This document shows, piece after piece, positions 16,482 to 26,250 of a stretch of DNA of 64,000 nt; position 1 is the stretch's first letter; each line of letters begins with the position of its first letter. The DNA lies in contig OZ245838.1 of the NCBI GenBank assembly GCA_965228735.1, positions 4,032,001 through 4,096,000 of the forward strand, given 5' to 3'. The stretch is from Planctomycetota bacterium (lineage in GTDB: Bacteria > Planctomycetota > UBA1135 > UBA2386). The translations under genes were made by a program, and so were the position numbers. The notes below the pieces were generated by a model. It had not been told where the DNA came from and searched no databases. It saw only the letters and a program-made list of their open reading frames with translations.

Positions 16482-18269
16482 ATGCAACTTCACGCTCTCG
16501 ACTGGACGATCATCGCCGGCTACCTGGTGCTGGCCCTCGCCATCGGCCTGTTCTTCCGCAAGCGCGCCGGCTCGAGCGCGGTCGAGTACTTCGCGTCGGG
16601 CCGCAGCCTGCCGTGGTGGATCGCCGGCACGTCGATGGTCGCGACGACGTTCGCCGCCGACACCCCGCTGGCCGTGACCGGCCTCGTGGCCAAGAGCGGC
16701 ATCGCCGGCAACTGGTTCTGGTGGGCGTTCGCGTTCGGCGGAATGCTCACGGTGTTCGTGTTCGCCCGGCTGTGGCGACGCGCCGAGGTCCTCACGGACG
16801 TCGAGCTCATCGAACTGCGCTACGAAGGCAAGGCCGCCCGCTTCCTGCGCGGCTTTCGGGCCTGCTACGTCGCGGTGATCATGAACTCGATCATCATCGG
16901 CTGGGTGACGAGCGCGATGAGCACGGTGCTGCAGGAGACCGTGCTCGTCGACATGGCGGAAGGCAGCCACATCGATCTGCTGCTGATCGCCGGCATGCTC
17001 GCGATCACCGGCGTCTACGCGGTCGTCGCCGGGATGTGGGGCGTGGCCGTCACGGACGCCGTCCAGTTCGTGCTGGCCATCATCGGCTGCACGCTGCTCG
17101 CGATCGTCGCCGTCGATCACATCGGCGGCGTGGACGCGCTGCGCGAACGGCTCGCGACCGCGTACGAGGGTGAGGGCGACCCGCTCGCGTTCGTCCCCGA
17201 CTTCACCGGCGACGACGCGCTCATGCCGCTCGGCGTGTTCCTCGTCATGGTGCTCTCGCAGTGGTGGGCGACGTGGTATCCGGGCAACGAGCCGGGCGGC
17301 GGTGGCTACGTCGTGCAGCGCATGGCGTCGTGCAAGGACGAGAACCACGCCGTGAAGGCGACGCTGTTCTTCCAGCTCGCGCACTACTGCCTGCGTCCGT
17401 GGCCCTGGATCCTCGTGGCGTTCGCCGCCATCGCGCTGCACCCCGAGCTGCGCACGGCCGACAACCCGGGCGTTGGGTTCCCGATGATGATCCGCGAACT
17501 GGCGCCGGCCGGGCTCGCTGGCCTGCTGCTCGTGACGTTCGCGGCCGCGTTCATGTCGACGATCAGCACGCAGATGAACTGGGGCGCGAGCTACCTCGTG
17601 AACGACGTCTACCGCCGGTTCATCCGCCCCGACGCGACGGACAAGGAGACGGTGCGGGCATCGCGCCTCGCCTCGACGCTCGTGCTCGTGCTCGGCGGCA
17701 TCGTGGCGTGGTGGATGGTGACGTACGGAGTCTCGGTCGATGACGCGTGGGCGTTCCTCGCTGCGCTCGGCGCCGGCGTCGGCAGTGTCTTCATCCTGCG
17801 CTGGTTCTGGTGGCGCATCAACGTGTGGAGCGAGATCGTCGCGATGGTCGGATCGCTCGTGGTGTTCACGGCGTTCCACTTCCTGATCCCGGCGGACGCC
17901 CTGGCCGGCGAGTATCGCGCGCTGCTCACGGCGCTCACGACGATGGTGCTCTGGGTGATCGCGACGTTCGTCACGGCACCCGAGCCCGACACGCGGCTCG
18001 AAGCGTTCTATCGCAAGGTGCGGCCGGACGGCCCCGGCTGGGGTCCGGTCGCGGCCCGCGCCCCCGACGTCGAACGTGACGGCCTGCTCGGCCGCGGGAT
18101 CCTGTGCGCGATCCTCGGGACGGCGGTCGTCTGGCTCACGCTCCCCGGCATCGGCGCGATCATCTTCGGTGAGACGACGACGGCCGTGCTGTGCCTCGGT
18201 GGCGCAGTCGTCGCCGGCGGGCTGATGTTCTTCCTGTTCGGGAAGTCGCCCGCGATGACGCGGGCCTGA
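16482..18269 (+). CDS. Sodium:solute symporter (SSS family)
   Basis: EYFASGRSLPWW, SMVATTFAADTP, TDAVQF, YVVQRM, AAFMST; many TMs. Confidence 0.95.
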   Translation: MQLHALDWTIIAGYLVLALAIGLFFRKRAGSSAVEYFASGRSLPWWIAGTSMVATTFAADTPLAVTGLVAKSGIAGNWFWWAFAFGGMLTVFVFARLWRRAEVLTDVELIELRYEGKAARFLRGFRACYVAVIMNSIIIGWVTSAMSTVLQETVLVDMAEGSHIDLLLIAGMLAITGVYAVVAGMWGVAVTDAVQFVLAIIGCTLLAIVAVDHIGGVDALRERLATAYEGEGDPLAFVPDFTGDDALMPLGVFLVMVLSQWWATWYPGNEPGGGGYVVQRMASCKDENHAVKATLFFQLAHYCLRPWPWILVAFAAIALHPELRTADNPGVGFPMMIRELAPAGLAGLLLVTFAAAFMSTISTQMNWGASYLVNDVYRRFIRPDATDKETVRASRLASTLVLVLGGIVAWWMVTYGVSVDDAWAFLAALGAGVGSVFILRWFWWRINVWSEIVAMVGSLVVFTAFHFLIPADALAGEYRALLTALTTMVLWVIATFVTAPEPDTRLEAFYRKVRPDGPGWGPVAARAPDVERDGLLGRGILCAILGTAVVWLTLPGIGAIIFGETTTAVLCLGGAVVAGGLMFFLFGKSPAMTRA

Positions 18270-18279
18270 GGGGCCGGCG

Positions 18280-18304
18280 GCCGCCCCCCGCGCACGGGGG
18301 CGGC
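18280..18304. terminator. GC-rich hairpin between convergent genes
   Basis: GCCGCCCCC-N7-GGGGGCGGC; no U-tract. Confidence 0.4.
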
Positions 18305-18316
18305 AAGCCGCAGCTC

Positions 18317-20197
18317 CTACGACTGGACCGTGAGCTTCAGCGCGTTGCTGACGACGTACGGCACCGGCGTCGTCGCGGCCGAGTCCGCGAGCACCAACTG
18401 GTAGCAGAGGTTGACGCCGACGAACGTCGGGTTGTTGGGGATCGGCGCGTTGAAGAAGTGCGTGCCGTCCGCGTCGCCGAACGTCACGGCCACGACCACC
18501 GGGTTGGCGATGAACTGCGCGCACGTCGGACCGAGCAGGCCGGCGAGCGGGATCGGCGTCGCCAGCGTCGAGAAGCTGCCCATGACGAACCCGGGCTGGA
18601 ACGGCTCGGCGCGAATGCAGCCGATCTCGAGCGCGGTGTTGCCGACCTGCGGGAAGCCGTTCCAGACCTCCATCACCGGCGTGCGGCCGGTCGCGGCGAG
18701 CGGGCACGGCTGGCCGACGGTCTCGATGCCCGGACCGAACGGACCCGGCATCTCGAGGTCGCCGATGCCGACGAGGCTCGTGAAGTACGGGCCGAAGCTC
18801 GGGTGGAACGGCGGCAGGTAGCCGTTGGGGCCCTGCGGGGTCTCGTAGGGCATGTAGGCCTCGCCCTGATCGATGACGCCGTTGCCGTTGCTGTCGGTCA
18901 TGCTGACGATGCCGTCGTTGGTGCCGCCGTTCTCCCAGACGAAGTTGACGCTGCCGCTCGGCGCCGCCGAGAACGCCCAGGTCGAACCGCTGAGGCTCGC
19001 GACCGGGTTGAGCGACGGGTTGTCGAACGTGATCGGGGCGACACCGCCGTGCGTCTGCGTCGAGACGTTGAAGTAGAGGTTGACCTCGCCCGCGTCGACC
19101 ATCTGGTTGTTGTTGGCGTCGACACAGCGGTAGATCAGACCCGAGATCTTCTCGCCGTTGAGATTGACGTCGCCCTCGGCGTTCGTGCGGTAGCTCGAAC
19201 CGAAGTAGTAGACGTCCTCACCGTTCGGACCGGCGCCCGCGACCACGTCCATGAAGCGCGCGTGGTTGACGCGTGTCGCCGGTGCCGAACCGTCCTGCAC
19301 GTCCCAGTTGGGGAACGTCGCGGTGGTCGCCGAACGCGGATCGTCGAAGTCCGGGTGCACCGGCAGCTCGTTGAGCGCCGAGGCGTTGAAGAACACTTCC
19401 GGAACGGCCGTCCCCGCGTTGTCGGTGAAGCCGTACCACGCATTCATCTCCGGCTGCACCGTGTAGGTGTACTGCACCGGGTTGGTGTTCGGGATCGGCG
19501 CGCCGTCGATCGACAGGCCACGCGCGTAGGCGACGACCTTGCCGCCGGGCAGCACGCGCACCTGGCTCCAATAGTCACGACTGATCGTCACCGGACCGTT
19601 GAGGCCGGGAACCGTGAGGTTCATCGAGCTGTCGACGAACATGCTCTGCTCGCCCGGATCCATCGCGTCACCATCGCCGTTGGCGTCGACCAGCCGGTGG
19701 ATGCCATTCGTGTAGCCCTGCGACGACGGCTGCGAGTTGTCGAGCGCGACGTAGACGCGGGTCTCGGCCGGCGACACGCTCGTGTCGCGGTAGACGCCGA
19801 GCGAGTCAGGCGAGAACAGCGGGCCGCTCGAGCCGCCGCCGAAGCGGAAGAAGATCGTCGCCTCCGACGGGTCGATCACACCATTGTGGTTCTCGTCGGC
19901 GCCGCGCACCACGAGGCCGTCCTCGGAGTCGCAGAAGTAGAACGCCGCGACGCCGTCCTCCCAGACGTAGCGACCGTCCACCATGAAGTTCGTGTTCGCC
20001 TGCGTCGGCAGCACCGTGCAGAACGCGTAGATCTCCTCGGAGGTGATCTGCCCGTCCCGGTTCTGGTCCTTCACGCGGGCCGCCGGGTAGCTGGAATTCG
20101 GCGGGCCGCTGGCGTTGCCGAATCCGAGGGGGAAGACGAAATCCTGCGCGGCCGAAGCCGTGGCGAGGAAGAGAACCGCGATCGAGAGTCGTTTCAT
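18317..20197 (-). CDS. Secreted protein with five Ca-binding DxNx(D/N)G-type loops and a C-terminal beta-sandwich domain
   Basis: Signal peptide MKRLSIAVLFLATASAA/Q; DQNRDGQI, DENHNGVID, DANGDGDA, DANNNQMVD, DSNGNGVID; ends YQLVLAD..VSNALKLTVQS. Confidence 0.8.
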   Translation of the reverse strand: MKRLSIAVLFLATASAAQDFVFPLGFGNASGPPNSSYPAARVKDQNRDGQITSEEIYAFCTVLPTQANTNFMVDGRYVWEDGVAAFYFCDSEDGLVVRGADENHNGVIDPSEATIFFRFGGGSSGPLFSPDSLGVYRDTSVSPAETRVYVALDNSQPSSQGYTNGIHRLVDANGDGDAMDPGEQSMFVDSSMNLTVPGLNGPVTISRDYWSQVRVLPGGKVVAYARGLSIDGAPIPNTNPVQYTYTVQPEMNAWYGFTDNAGTAVPEVFFNASALNELPVHPDFDDPRSATTATFPNWDVQDGSAPATRVNHARFMDVVAGAGPNGEDVYYFGSSYRTNAEGDVNLNGEKISGLIYRCVDANNNQMVDAGEVNLYFNVSTQTHGGVAPITFDNPSLNPVASLSGSTWAFSAAPSGSVNFVWENGGTNDGIVSMTDSNGNGVIDQGEAYMPYETPQGPNGYLPPFHPSFGPYFTSLVGIGDLEMPGPFGPGIETVGQPCPLAATGRTPVMEVWNGFPQVGNTALEIGCIRAEPFQPGFVMGSFSTLATPIPLAGLLGPTCAQFIANPVVVAVTFGDADGTHFFNAPIPNNPTFVGVNLCYQLVLADSAATTPVPYVVSNALKLTVQS

Positions 20198-20310
20198 GTA
20201 TTGGGGTGTAGGGATCCTACGGTGGGCGAACATTGTGCCCGCAACAGTGAAGGAATAGCCAAACCGCGGTGGGGTTCCGTTTTTCACCCCGCTGCGCCAC
20301 GATGCGCCCC

Positions 20311-21009
20311 ATGCCGGGGTCACCCCCTCCACCACCGCCAGAACCCTCGTGGCTTCGCGACGTTCCGCGCGGCCGGGTGCTCGCGTTCGCGCCCCACCCC
20401 GACGACGAGATCGCGGGCCCGGGCGGCTGTCTTGCGCTGCACCGTCGCGCCGGCGACGAGGTGCGCGTCGTCGTCGCCTCGACCGGCGCTGCCGGCGACC
20501 CCGAGGGCCGCTTCGATCCCGCGACGTTCGCCGCCACGCGCGAGGCCGAATCGCGCCAGGGTCTGCGCGAACTCGGCGTCGACGACGTCGTCTACTGGCG
20601 ACTGCCCGACAACTGCGTTCTCGGTGAGCAGGACTACGAGCTCGGTCACCAACTCGCGACCGCGGCGATCACGGAGTGGTCACCGACGATCCTCTACCTG
20701 CCGTGGGAGGCCGAGGGTCACCCCGATCATCACGCCCTGCATCGCATCGTCCTCGAGGCCATGCGACGCGCGCAGTTCGACGGCGATGCGTTCGGCTACG
20801 AGGTGTGGAACGCGATGATCCCCGACGTCGTCGTCGACATCACCGCGGTCGCCGAGCAGAAGCGCCGCGGGATCCGGGCGCATGCGACCCAGACGGCCTA
20901 CGTCGACTTCGAGCACACGATCCTCGGCCTCAACGCCTACCGCGCGATGGTGCACGCGCGCGGTCGCGGCTACTGCGAGGGGCTGCGGCGGATCGCGATC
21001 GGGATGTAG
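20311..21009 (+). CDS. PIG-L/LmbE-family deacetylase
   Basis: APHPDDE, RE.E, GHPDH, HATQ motifs. Confidence 0.92.
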   Translation: MPGSPPPPPPEPSWLRDVPRGRVLAFAPHPDDEIAGPGGCLALHRRAGDEVRVVVASTGAAGDPEGRFDPATFAATREAESRQGLRELGVDDVVYWRLPDNCVLGEQDYELGHQLATAAITEWSPTILYLPWEAEGHPDHHALHRIVLEAMRRAQFDGDAFGYEVWNAMIPDVVVDITAVAEQKRRGIRAHATQTAYVDFEHTILGLNAYRAMVHARGRGYCEGLRRIAIGM

Positions 21010-21024
21010 CCCGACCGATCGGGC

Positions 21025-22005
21025 CTACAAGAACAGTCGATGCTGCTTGAAGCGCGCTTCGACGCCCTCGTCCGCTTCGACGCGCTGCTGCACGAAGCCG
21101 CCACAGAACTCCGCGAGCCGCTGCTGCATCTCGAACAGGCTGCGCGACAGCGGCGCTTCCGGGTCGGTCGCGACGAGCGGCAGCTGGCCGAGGCGGTGCT
21201 GCGTGACGCTCGGATCCTCGACGATCTCGCCGAGGTACTCGAGCTGGACACCGGCGTGCTGCCGCGCGACCTCGGTGAGCTTCTCGAACGCGAGCTTGCC
21301 GCGGCCCGGCTCCGGCACGCGATTCACGACGACGAGGAAGCGCGCATCGGGATCGATCTGCCCGATGCACTTCACGACCGCGTAGGCGTCGACGAGCGCC
21401 GCGATCTCCGGCTGCGTCACGAGCACGATCCAGTCGGCGCACAGCATCGACAGAATCGTCGCGGGCGCGATGCCGGCACCGAGGTCGAGGAACAACGCCT
21501 CCTCGCGCCCTGCCAGTTCGCCGAGCTCACGCGCGAACACCGAGAGCTCCTTGTCCGACATGTTGGCCATGCGCCGCACACCGGACGCGCCCGGCAGCAG
21601 CCGCGGCCCGCACGGCGACGTGCACAGCGCCTGATCGAGCGTCGCCTGCCCCTGCACGAGCTGCTGCAGGGTGATCGTCGGCTTCACGCCGAGCAGCAGG
21701 TGATCGCAGGCGAGCCCGAAATCGCAGTCGACGACGGACGTCCGCTTGCCCGAACGATGGGTCAACACCGCGAGCGAGGTCGCGAGGAACGACTTGCCCG
21801 TGCCACCCTTGCCGCTGGCGACGGCAATCGTGCGGCCCTCGTGGCGCGGCGGCGCGCTCGCACGCAGCCCGCCGAGCAACCGGCCGAACAGACCGCGACC
21901 CCGGGGGCCCAGGCCTCGTCCCGCCTCATTGTGCCGTTGAGCTGCCCGCCCGAGGGCGGCGGCAGGAACCCTGCCCGCTTCGGCGCCGCGATCTGACCGT
22001 TTCAC
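21025..22005 (-). CDS. MinD/ParA-family ATPase, FlhG/FleN-like
   Basis: Deviant Walker A SGKGGTGKS, VDCDFGLA, LLPGASG, DLGAGI, TQPEIAALVDAYAVVK, VVNR. Confidence 0.88.
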   Translation of the reverse strand: MKRSDRGAEAGRVPAAALGRAAQRHNEAGRGLGPRGRGLFGRLLGGLRASAPPRHEGRTIAVASGKGGTGKSFLATSLAVLTHRSGKRTSVVDCDFGLACDHLLLGVKPTITLQQLVQGQATLDQALCTSPCGPRLLPGASGVRRMANMSDKELSVFARELGELAGREEALFLDLGAGIAPATILSMLCADWIVLVTQPEIAALVDAYAVVKCIGQIDPDARFLVVVNRVPEPGRGKLAFEKLTEVARQHAGVQLEYLGEIVEDPSVTQHRLGQLPLVATDPEAPLSRSLFEMQQRLAEFCGGFVQQRVEADEGVEARFKQHRLFL

Positions 22006-22113
22006 GACGTCGCACAGTATCGCCGATCCGGCCGCCGGATGCTCGACCCGTTGGGCCTCCGCGCGACTTTTTGTGCGCGGCGTTGTGCCCGCCCCGCTGC
22101 GGGTGACCCGGCG

Positions 22114-23517
22114 CTACTTCGGTTCTGGCTCCGTCGGTGCTGGCGGCAACAGCTCGCGCGCGTAAGCAACGGGGACGCCGTAGTTGAGCCCCGTGAAGTC
22201 CTTCTGGATCGCGAAGTTGACCGCGATGACCGTGCCGCTCTCGCCGAACACGGGCCCGCCCGAGCCGCCGCTCGTCGTCACGGCGTCATAGGAGATGACG
22301 CGTTCTTCGACGGTGACCCCGCCCTGCGTGATCACCGGATTGACCTGGCCGGCCGCCGCGAGCTCGTCGATCACCTCGGTCATCGTCGCGCGACGCTCCT
22401 GCAACGTCGAGACCAGCGCCTTGTCGGCACGCGCGAGGAGCGCCGCCAGACCCGTGGGATAACCGACGACGATCGCGCGCCGGTAGTTCGTCCGCGTTTC
22501 GGTCGCCAGCGGCAGCACGGGGATCCCCTGCACCGCTTCCTTCTCGACCTGCACGATCGCGACGTCCTGCTCGTCGGTCCGCGCCCGCACGGACGCCGGC
22601 GGGATCGCGATCGGCGCATGGCCGGGAAACGTCGCCGTGAAGCGGATGAACTCGGGCACGGCGCCGCCGGTCAGCAGCGGCTCGAGCCCCGGCATCTCGC
22701 TCCACGGCACCGCGACGTGCCGGTTGGTGACGATGTGCCCGTCGGCCGTCGCGAGGAAGCCCGACCCGGTGTACTCGGCTTCGAACCGGTCACCGTCGCT
22801 GATCTCGAACCACGATCCGCTGGGCATGCGGACCCCGAAGACCCCGTGGATGAGGCACACGCCGCCGCTCCACTCGTCCCGCACCCGGGCGAGCGTCGCG
22901 TTGACCGCGGACAGATCCGCGATCGCCGCCTCGTGTTCGGCCTGGCGCACGCGCAGGGCCTCGAGTTCGGCCCGCGTGTACTCGTCGGCCGTGTGCAGTT
23001 CGGCCGCGACCGGGCGCCCGCCGAGCCAGCCGCCGAACCAACCGGCCAGCAGCGCGAGTCCGGCGACGATGATCGGAAAGCCGATCTTCAGGGTCGGCGT
23101 GGCCTGCGTCAGCAGATCGCGCGTGAGCGCCTGGGTCGCGGCACCCGAACCGCTCGCCCGTTGCACGGCGCGCGCGTCGGCAACCATGCGTCGCACGGGT
23201 TTGCAGACCGCGCCGTCGGGCACGTAGGTCCGGAAGCGCGCGCGCGGACCGTCGACGCCGAACTCGATCTCGTCCTCGTCCCGCAGGATGACCTCGCGCA
23301 CCTGGTTGCCGTTGACGAAGACCTCGCCACCGAGCGCGTGCAGGTGGAAGACGCAGCTGTCCTGTTCCCAGTCGATGCGCGCGTGTTCCGCGCGGACGTT
23401 CCGATGCGGCAGGTAGGCCGTGCTCGTCGGGTCCGAACCGACGGTCACGCGCGGCACGGCGTAGGTCACCGTGCGACCGCGACTCGGTCCAGATAGGTGG
23501 AGCAGTTGGGCCCGCAT
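22114..23517 (-). CDS. FHA-like domain - TM - trypsin-like serine protease
   Basis: ATG 23517. FHA-like segment (VTVGS..HARI..VFVNG..L.DEDEIEFG), TM, then TGSGF, VTNRHV, DVAIV and GGSGGP (catalytic triad). Confidence 0.88.
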   Translation of the reverse strand: MRAQLLHLSGPSRGRTVTYAVPRVTVGSDPTSTAYLPHRNVRAEHARIDWEQDSCVFHLHALGGEVFVNGNQVREVILRDEDEIEFGVDGPRARFRTYVPDGAVCKPVRRMVADARAVQRASGSGAATQALTRDLLTQATPTLKIGFPIIVAGLALLAGWFGGWLGGRPVAAELHTADEYTRAELEALRVRQAEHEAAIADLSAVNATLARVRDEWSGGVCLIHGVFGVRMPSGSWFEISDGDRFEAEYTGSGFLATADGHIVTNRHVAVPWSEMPGLEPLLTGGAVPEFIRFTATFPGHAPIAIPPASVRARTDEQDVAIVQVEKEAVQGIPVLPLATETRTNYRRAIVVGYPTGLAALLARADKALVSTLQERRATMTEVIDELAAAGQVNPVITQGGVTVEERVISYDAVTTSGGSGGPVFGESGTVIAVNFAIQKDFTGLNYGVPVAYARELLPPAPTEPEPK

Positions 23518-23535
23518 TGCTGCACCATAGTCCCG

Positions 23536-24321
23536 ATGCCGGTTCCCGCAAACGCGCCCATTCCGGTCGAGGTCGCCGTCGACTCCGTGGTCGGCGCCCG
23601 GACAGCCGAACGGGCGGGCGCGGCGCGCGTGGAGCTGTGCAGTGCGCTGCTCGAAGGCGGCCTGACGCCGTCGCTCGGGTTGCTCGCCGCGGTTCGGGCG
23701 GCCGTCACGATCCCCGTCTTCGTGATGATCCGGCCGCGCGGCGGCGATTTCCTGTACTCCGACGCCGAGTTCGACGTCTTGCGACGCGACGCTCGCATCG
23801 CGATCGACCACGGCGCCGACGGCGTGGTCTCCGGCATTCTCAGCGCCGATGGCGAACTCGACCGCGAGCGCATGGCCCGACTGCGCGACATCGCGATCGA
23901 GCGCCCCATGACCTGCCATCGCGCGTTCGACCTCGTCGCGGACCCGTTCGCCGCCCTGGCCACGCTCGAGGAACTCGGGATCGATCGCGTCCTGACGTCC
24001 GGGCAGGCGGCCTCGGCACCAGCCGGGCGCGATCGGATCGCACGGCTCGTCGAGGCCGCGGGCAACGGCGTGACGGTCATGGCCGGCGCCGGCGTGCGAG
24101 CCGAGAACGCAGCCGAGCTCGCGCGCACCACCGGCTGCCACGAACTGCACCTGTCGGCGACCGGCTGGCGACCGAGCGCGATGCGTTGCCGCCGCGACGG
24201 CGTGCCGATGGGCACCGCGACGCCGCCCGACGAATACACGCTGCGACAGACCGACGGCGAAGTCGTCGCCGCCGTCGTCCGCGCCGTGGCGTCGGTTGCG
24301 GGTCCCACGAAACCGGACTGA
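23536..24321 (+). CDS. cutC: Copper homeostasis protein CutC
   Basis: RVELCSALLEGGLTPS, MIRPRGGDFLY, HRAFD, RVLTSG, MAGAGV, ELHLS. Confidence 0.95.
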   Translation: MPVPANAPIPVEVAVDSVVGARTAERAGAARVELCSALLEGGLTPSLGLLAAVRAAVTIPVFVMIRPRGGDFLYSDAEFDVLRRDARIAIDHGADGVVSGILSADGELDRERMARLRDIAIERPMTCHRAFDLVADPFAALATLEELGIDRVLTSGQAASAPAGRDRIARLVEAAGNGVTVMAGAGVRAENAAELARTTGCHELHLSATGWRPSAMRCRRDGVPMGTATPPDEYTLRQTDGEVVAAVVRAVASVAGPTKPD

Positions 24322-24337
24322 CGCTATCGTTCTGGCC

Positions 24338-24811
24338 ATGAGTGCTGCGCCTCTGCTCGCGACGATCGACCGACACCTGCAGGCCGACCCGCCGGCCTGG
24401 GACGCGCTGCTCGCCGAGCTGCTGCGCCACTTCGACTGCGTCGTCGCGACGCTCCACGTGCTCGACGACGACAACCTGCTGCGGCTGACCGCCGACCGCG
24501 GCCTGCCGCCGCCCGTGCGTGACAAGGTCGCGTCGGTGCCGATCGGCAAGGGCATGGCGGGCATCGCCGCCGAGCGGCGCGAACCCGTGCAGGTCTGCAA
24601 CCTGCAGACGGACGACAGCGGCGTCGTCCGCCCGGGCGCCAAGCTCACGCAGATGCAGGGTTCGATCGCGCTGCCGATGCTGCTCGACGGCCACCTGCAC
24701 GGCGTCCTCGGCGTCGCCAAACCGGCGGCCTACGAGTTCTCCGCCGACGAGACCGCGCTGCTGATGACGATCGGCGAACGCGCGGCCGCCGCACTCGCGC
24801 GCGGCGACTGA
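24338..24811 (+). CDS. Stand-alone GAF domain protein
   Basis: VPIGKGMAGIAAERREPVQVCNLQTD, GSIALPM..GVLGV. Confidence 0.88.
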   Translation: MSAAPLLATIDRHLQADPPAWDALLAELLRHFDCVVATLHVLDDDNLLRLTADRGLPPPVRDKVASVPIGKGMAGIAAERREPVQVCNLQTDDSGVVRPGAKLTQMQGSIALPMLLDGHLHGVLGVAKPAAYEFSADETALLMTIGERAAAALARGD

Positions 24812-24845
24812 GGCCCGAGCCAACCCCGGTTGTCAGACCGAGCCG

Positions 24846-26168
24846 TCAGACCGAGAATGGGGCGCGTTCCGGCGCGGTGAGGAACGCGTTCGCCGCGTCG
24901 TCGTCGAACCGCAGCGCCTGCGCGTCCCACGCGAGCTTCTCGTTCAGGGCCCCGCGGAACGCCGCGTTCGCGAGCAGGACCGTCTCCGTGAGCGGACCGC
25001 CATAGGCGAACGAGCAGGTCGGCTGCGTGCGTTCGCGGCAACACTGCAGCCACTCCTGGTAGTGCCCGGGCGAGGATGCGATCGACTTGCTCGGCGCCTG
25101 CCACTGCGCCGCGCGCTCGGCCGGCCCGACCACGTGCTTGCCGTAGTCGCTGATGAGCCAACCGTCGTCGCCGATGAACAGCACGCCGTTGCGCCACTCC
25201 TGCAGCCCACGCGATTCGAGTTCGTCGCGCGGCCGGTCCTTGCCGGCGTGCCAGACCACCTCGACCGCGGCGCGATCACCGCGCGCGGCGAACTCGTAGC
25301 GACAATGCAGACCGCGCGGCGCGCAGTGCTCGTGCACCGGGTGCTCGGAACCCGCCTGGACCGTGCGCGGCGCGTCGAGCTCGAGCGCCCAGAACGCGAG
25401 ATCCATGAAGTGGCAGCCCATGTCCGCGGTCGTCCCGCCGCCGAACGCCCAGTAGCGCCGCCAGCCGGCCGGGTGGAAGCCCTGCCGGAACGGCTGCTCC
25501 GCCGCCGGTCCGAGCCAGACGTCGTAGTCGACGTGCTCCGGGACCTTCGCCTCATCCGGCAACGCCGCGGCCGACCAGTCCGTACCGTTCACGAACACGA
25601 TCACCTTGCGCACGGTGCCGACGGCGCCGCCGCGCACGGCCTCGACGACGCGCCGGTAGTTCTCGTTGGCGTGGATCTGGATCCCCATCTGCGTCACGGC
25701 TTCGTGCTCCCGCGCCGCCTCGGTCAGCGCGCGCGCCTGGGCCACCGTGTGCGTGAGCGGCTTCTCGCAGTAGACGTCGAGGCCGTTTCGGATCGCGAGC
25801 ATCGCGGGCAGGTAGTGCGTGTGGTCCGGCGTGCTGATGACGACACCGTCGAGCTCCGAACAGCGCTCCTTCGACGTGAGGACCTCGCGGAAGTCGACGA
25901 CGAGCTTGCTCTTGCCGAACTGCTCACCGGCCTTCTGCAGTCGCTTGCCGTCGATGTCACAGAGGTAGCGAATGTCCTGGTCCTTCACGCCATTGAGGTT
26001 GCCACCGCCGCGCCCGCCGACGCCGATGACCATGAGGCGCAGCGGCTCGTCCACCGCCGGGCGACGGCGCCGACCGCGCGGGTCGGCGACGCGCGCGGCC
26101 GCGCCAACGGAGGCCGCGCCGACCGAGGCAGCAACCGAACAGAGGAAGGAGCGACGCGAGGTGGCCAT
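24846..26168 (-). CDS. Tat-exported Gfo/Idh/MocA oxidoreductase
   Basis: SRRSFL twin-arginine signal, IGVGGRG, STPDHTH, VYCEKPL, QMGIQ, WLGPA, DMGCHFMD. Confidence 0.93.
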   Translation of the reverse strand: MATSRRSFLCSVAASVGAASVGAAARVADPRGRRRRPAVDEPLRLMVIGVGGRGGGNLNGVKDQDIRYLCDIDGKRLQKAGEQFGKSKLVVDFREVLTSKERCSELDGVVISTPDHTHYLPAMLAIRNGLDVYCEKPLTHTVAQARALTEAAREHEAVTQMGIQIHANENYRRVVEAVRGGAVGTVRKVIVFVNGTDWSAAALPDEAKVPEHVDYDVWLGPAAEQPFRQGFHPAGWRRYWAFGGGTTADMGCHFMDLAFWALELDAPRTVQAGSEHPVHEHCAPRGLHCRYEFAARGDRAAVEVVWHAGKDRPRDELESRGLQEWRNGVLFIGDDGWLISDYGKHVVGPAERAAQWQAPSKSIASSPGHYQEWLQCCRERTQPTCSFAYGGPLTETVLLANAAFRGALNEKLAWDAQALRFDDDAANAFLTAPERAPFSV

Positions 26169-26250
26169 GCGCAGATCATGGCATCCGGGCTGGAGAATTG
26201 CTCGCGCAGGCGGGGAGCCCGACCCATCATGCGCGCACGTCCCTGACTGC

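Noticed and set aside
23518..24720. Apparent 868-aa FHA-protease
   Set aside because: The extension is antisense to cutC and the GAF gene.
24338..24811. GAF protein as free methionine-R-sulfoxide reductase (MsrC)
   Set aside because: The GxGVCG catalytic Cys motif reads GKGMAG here.
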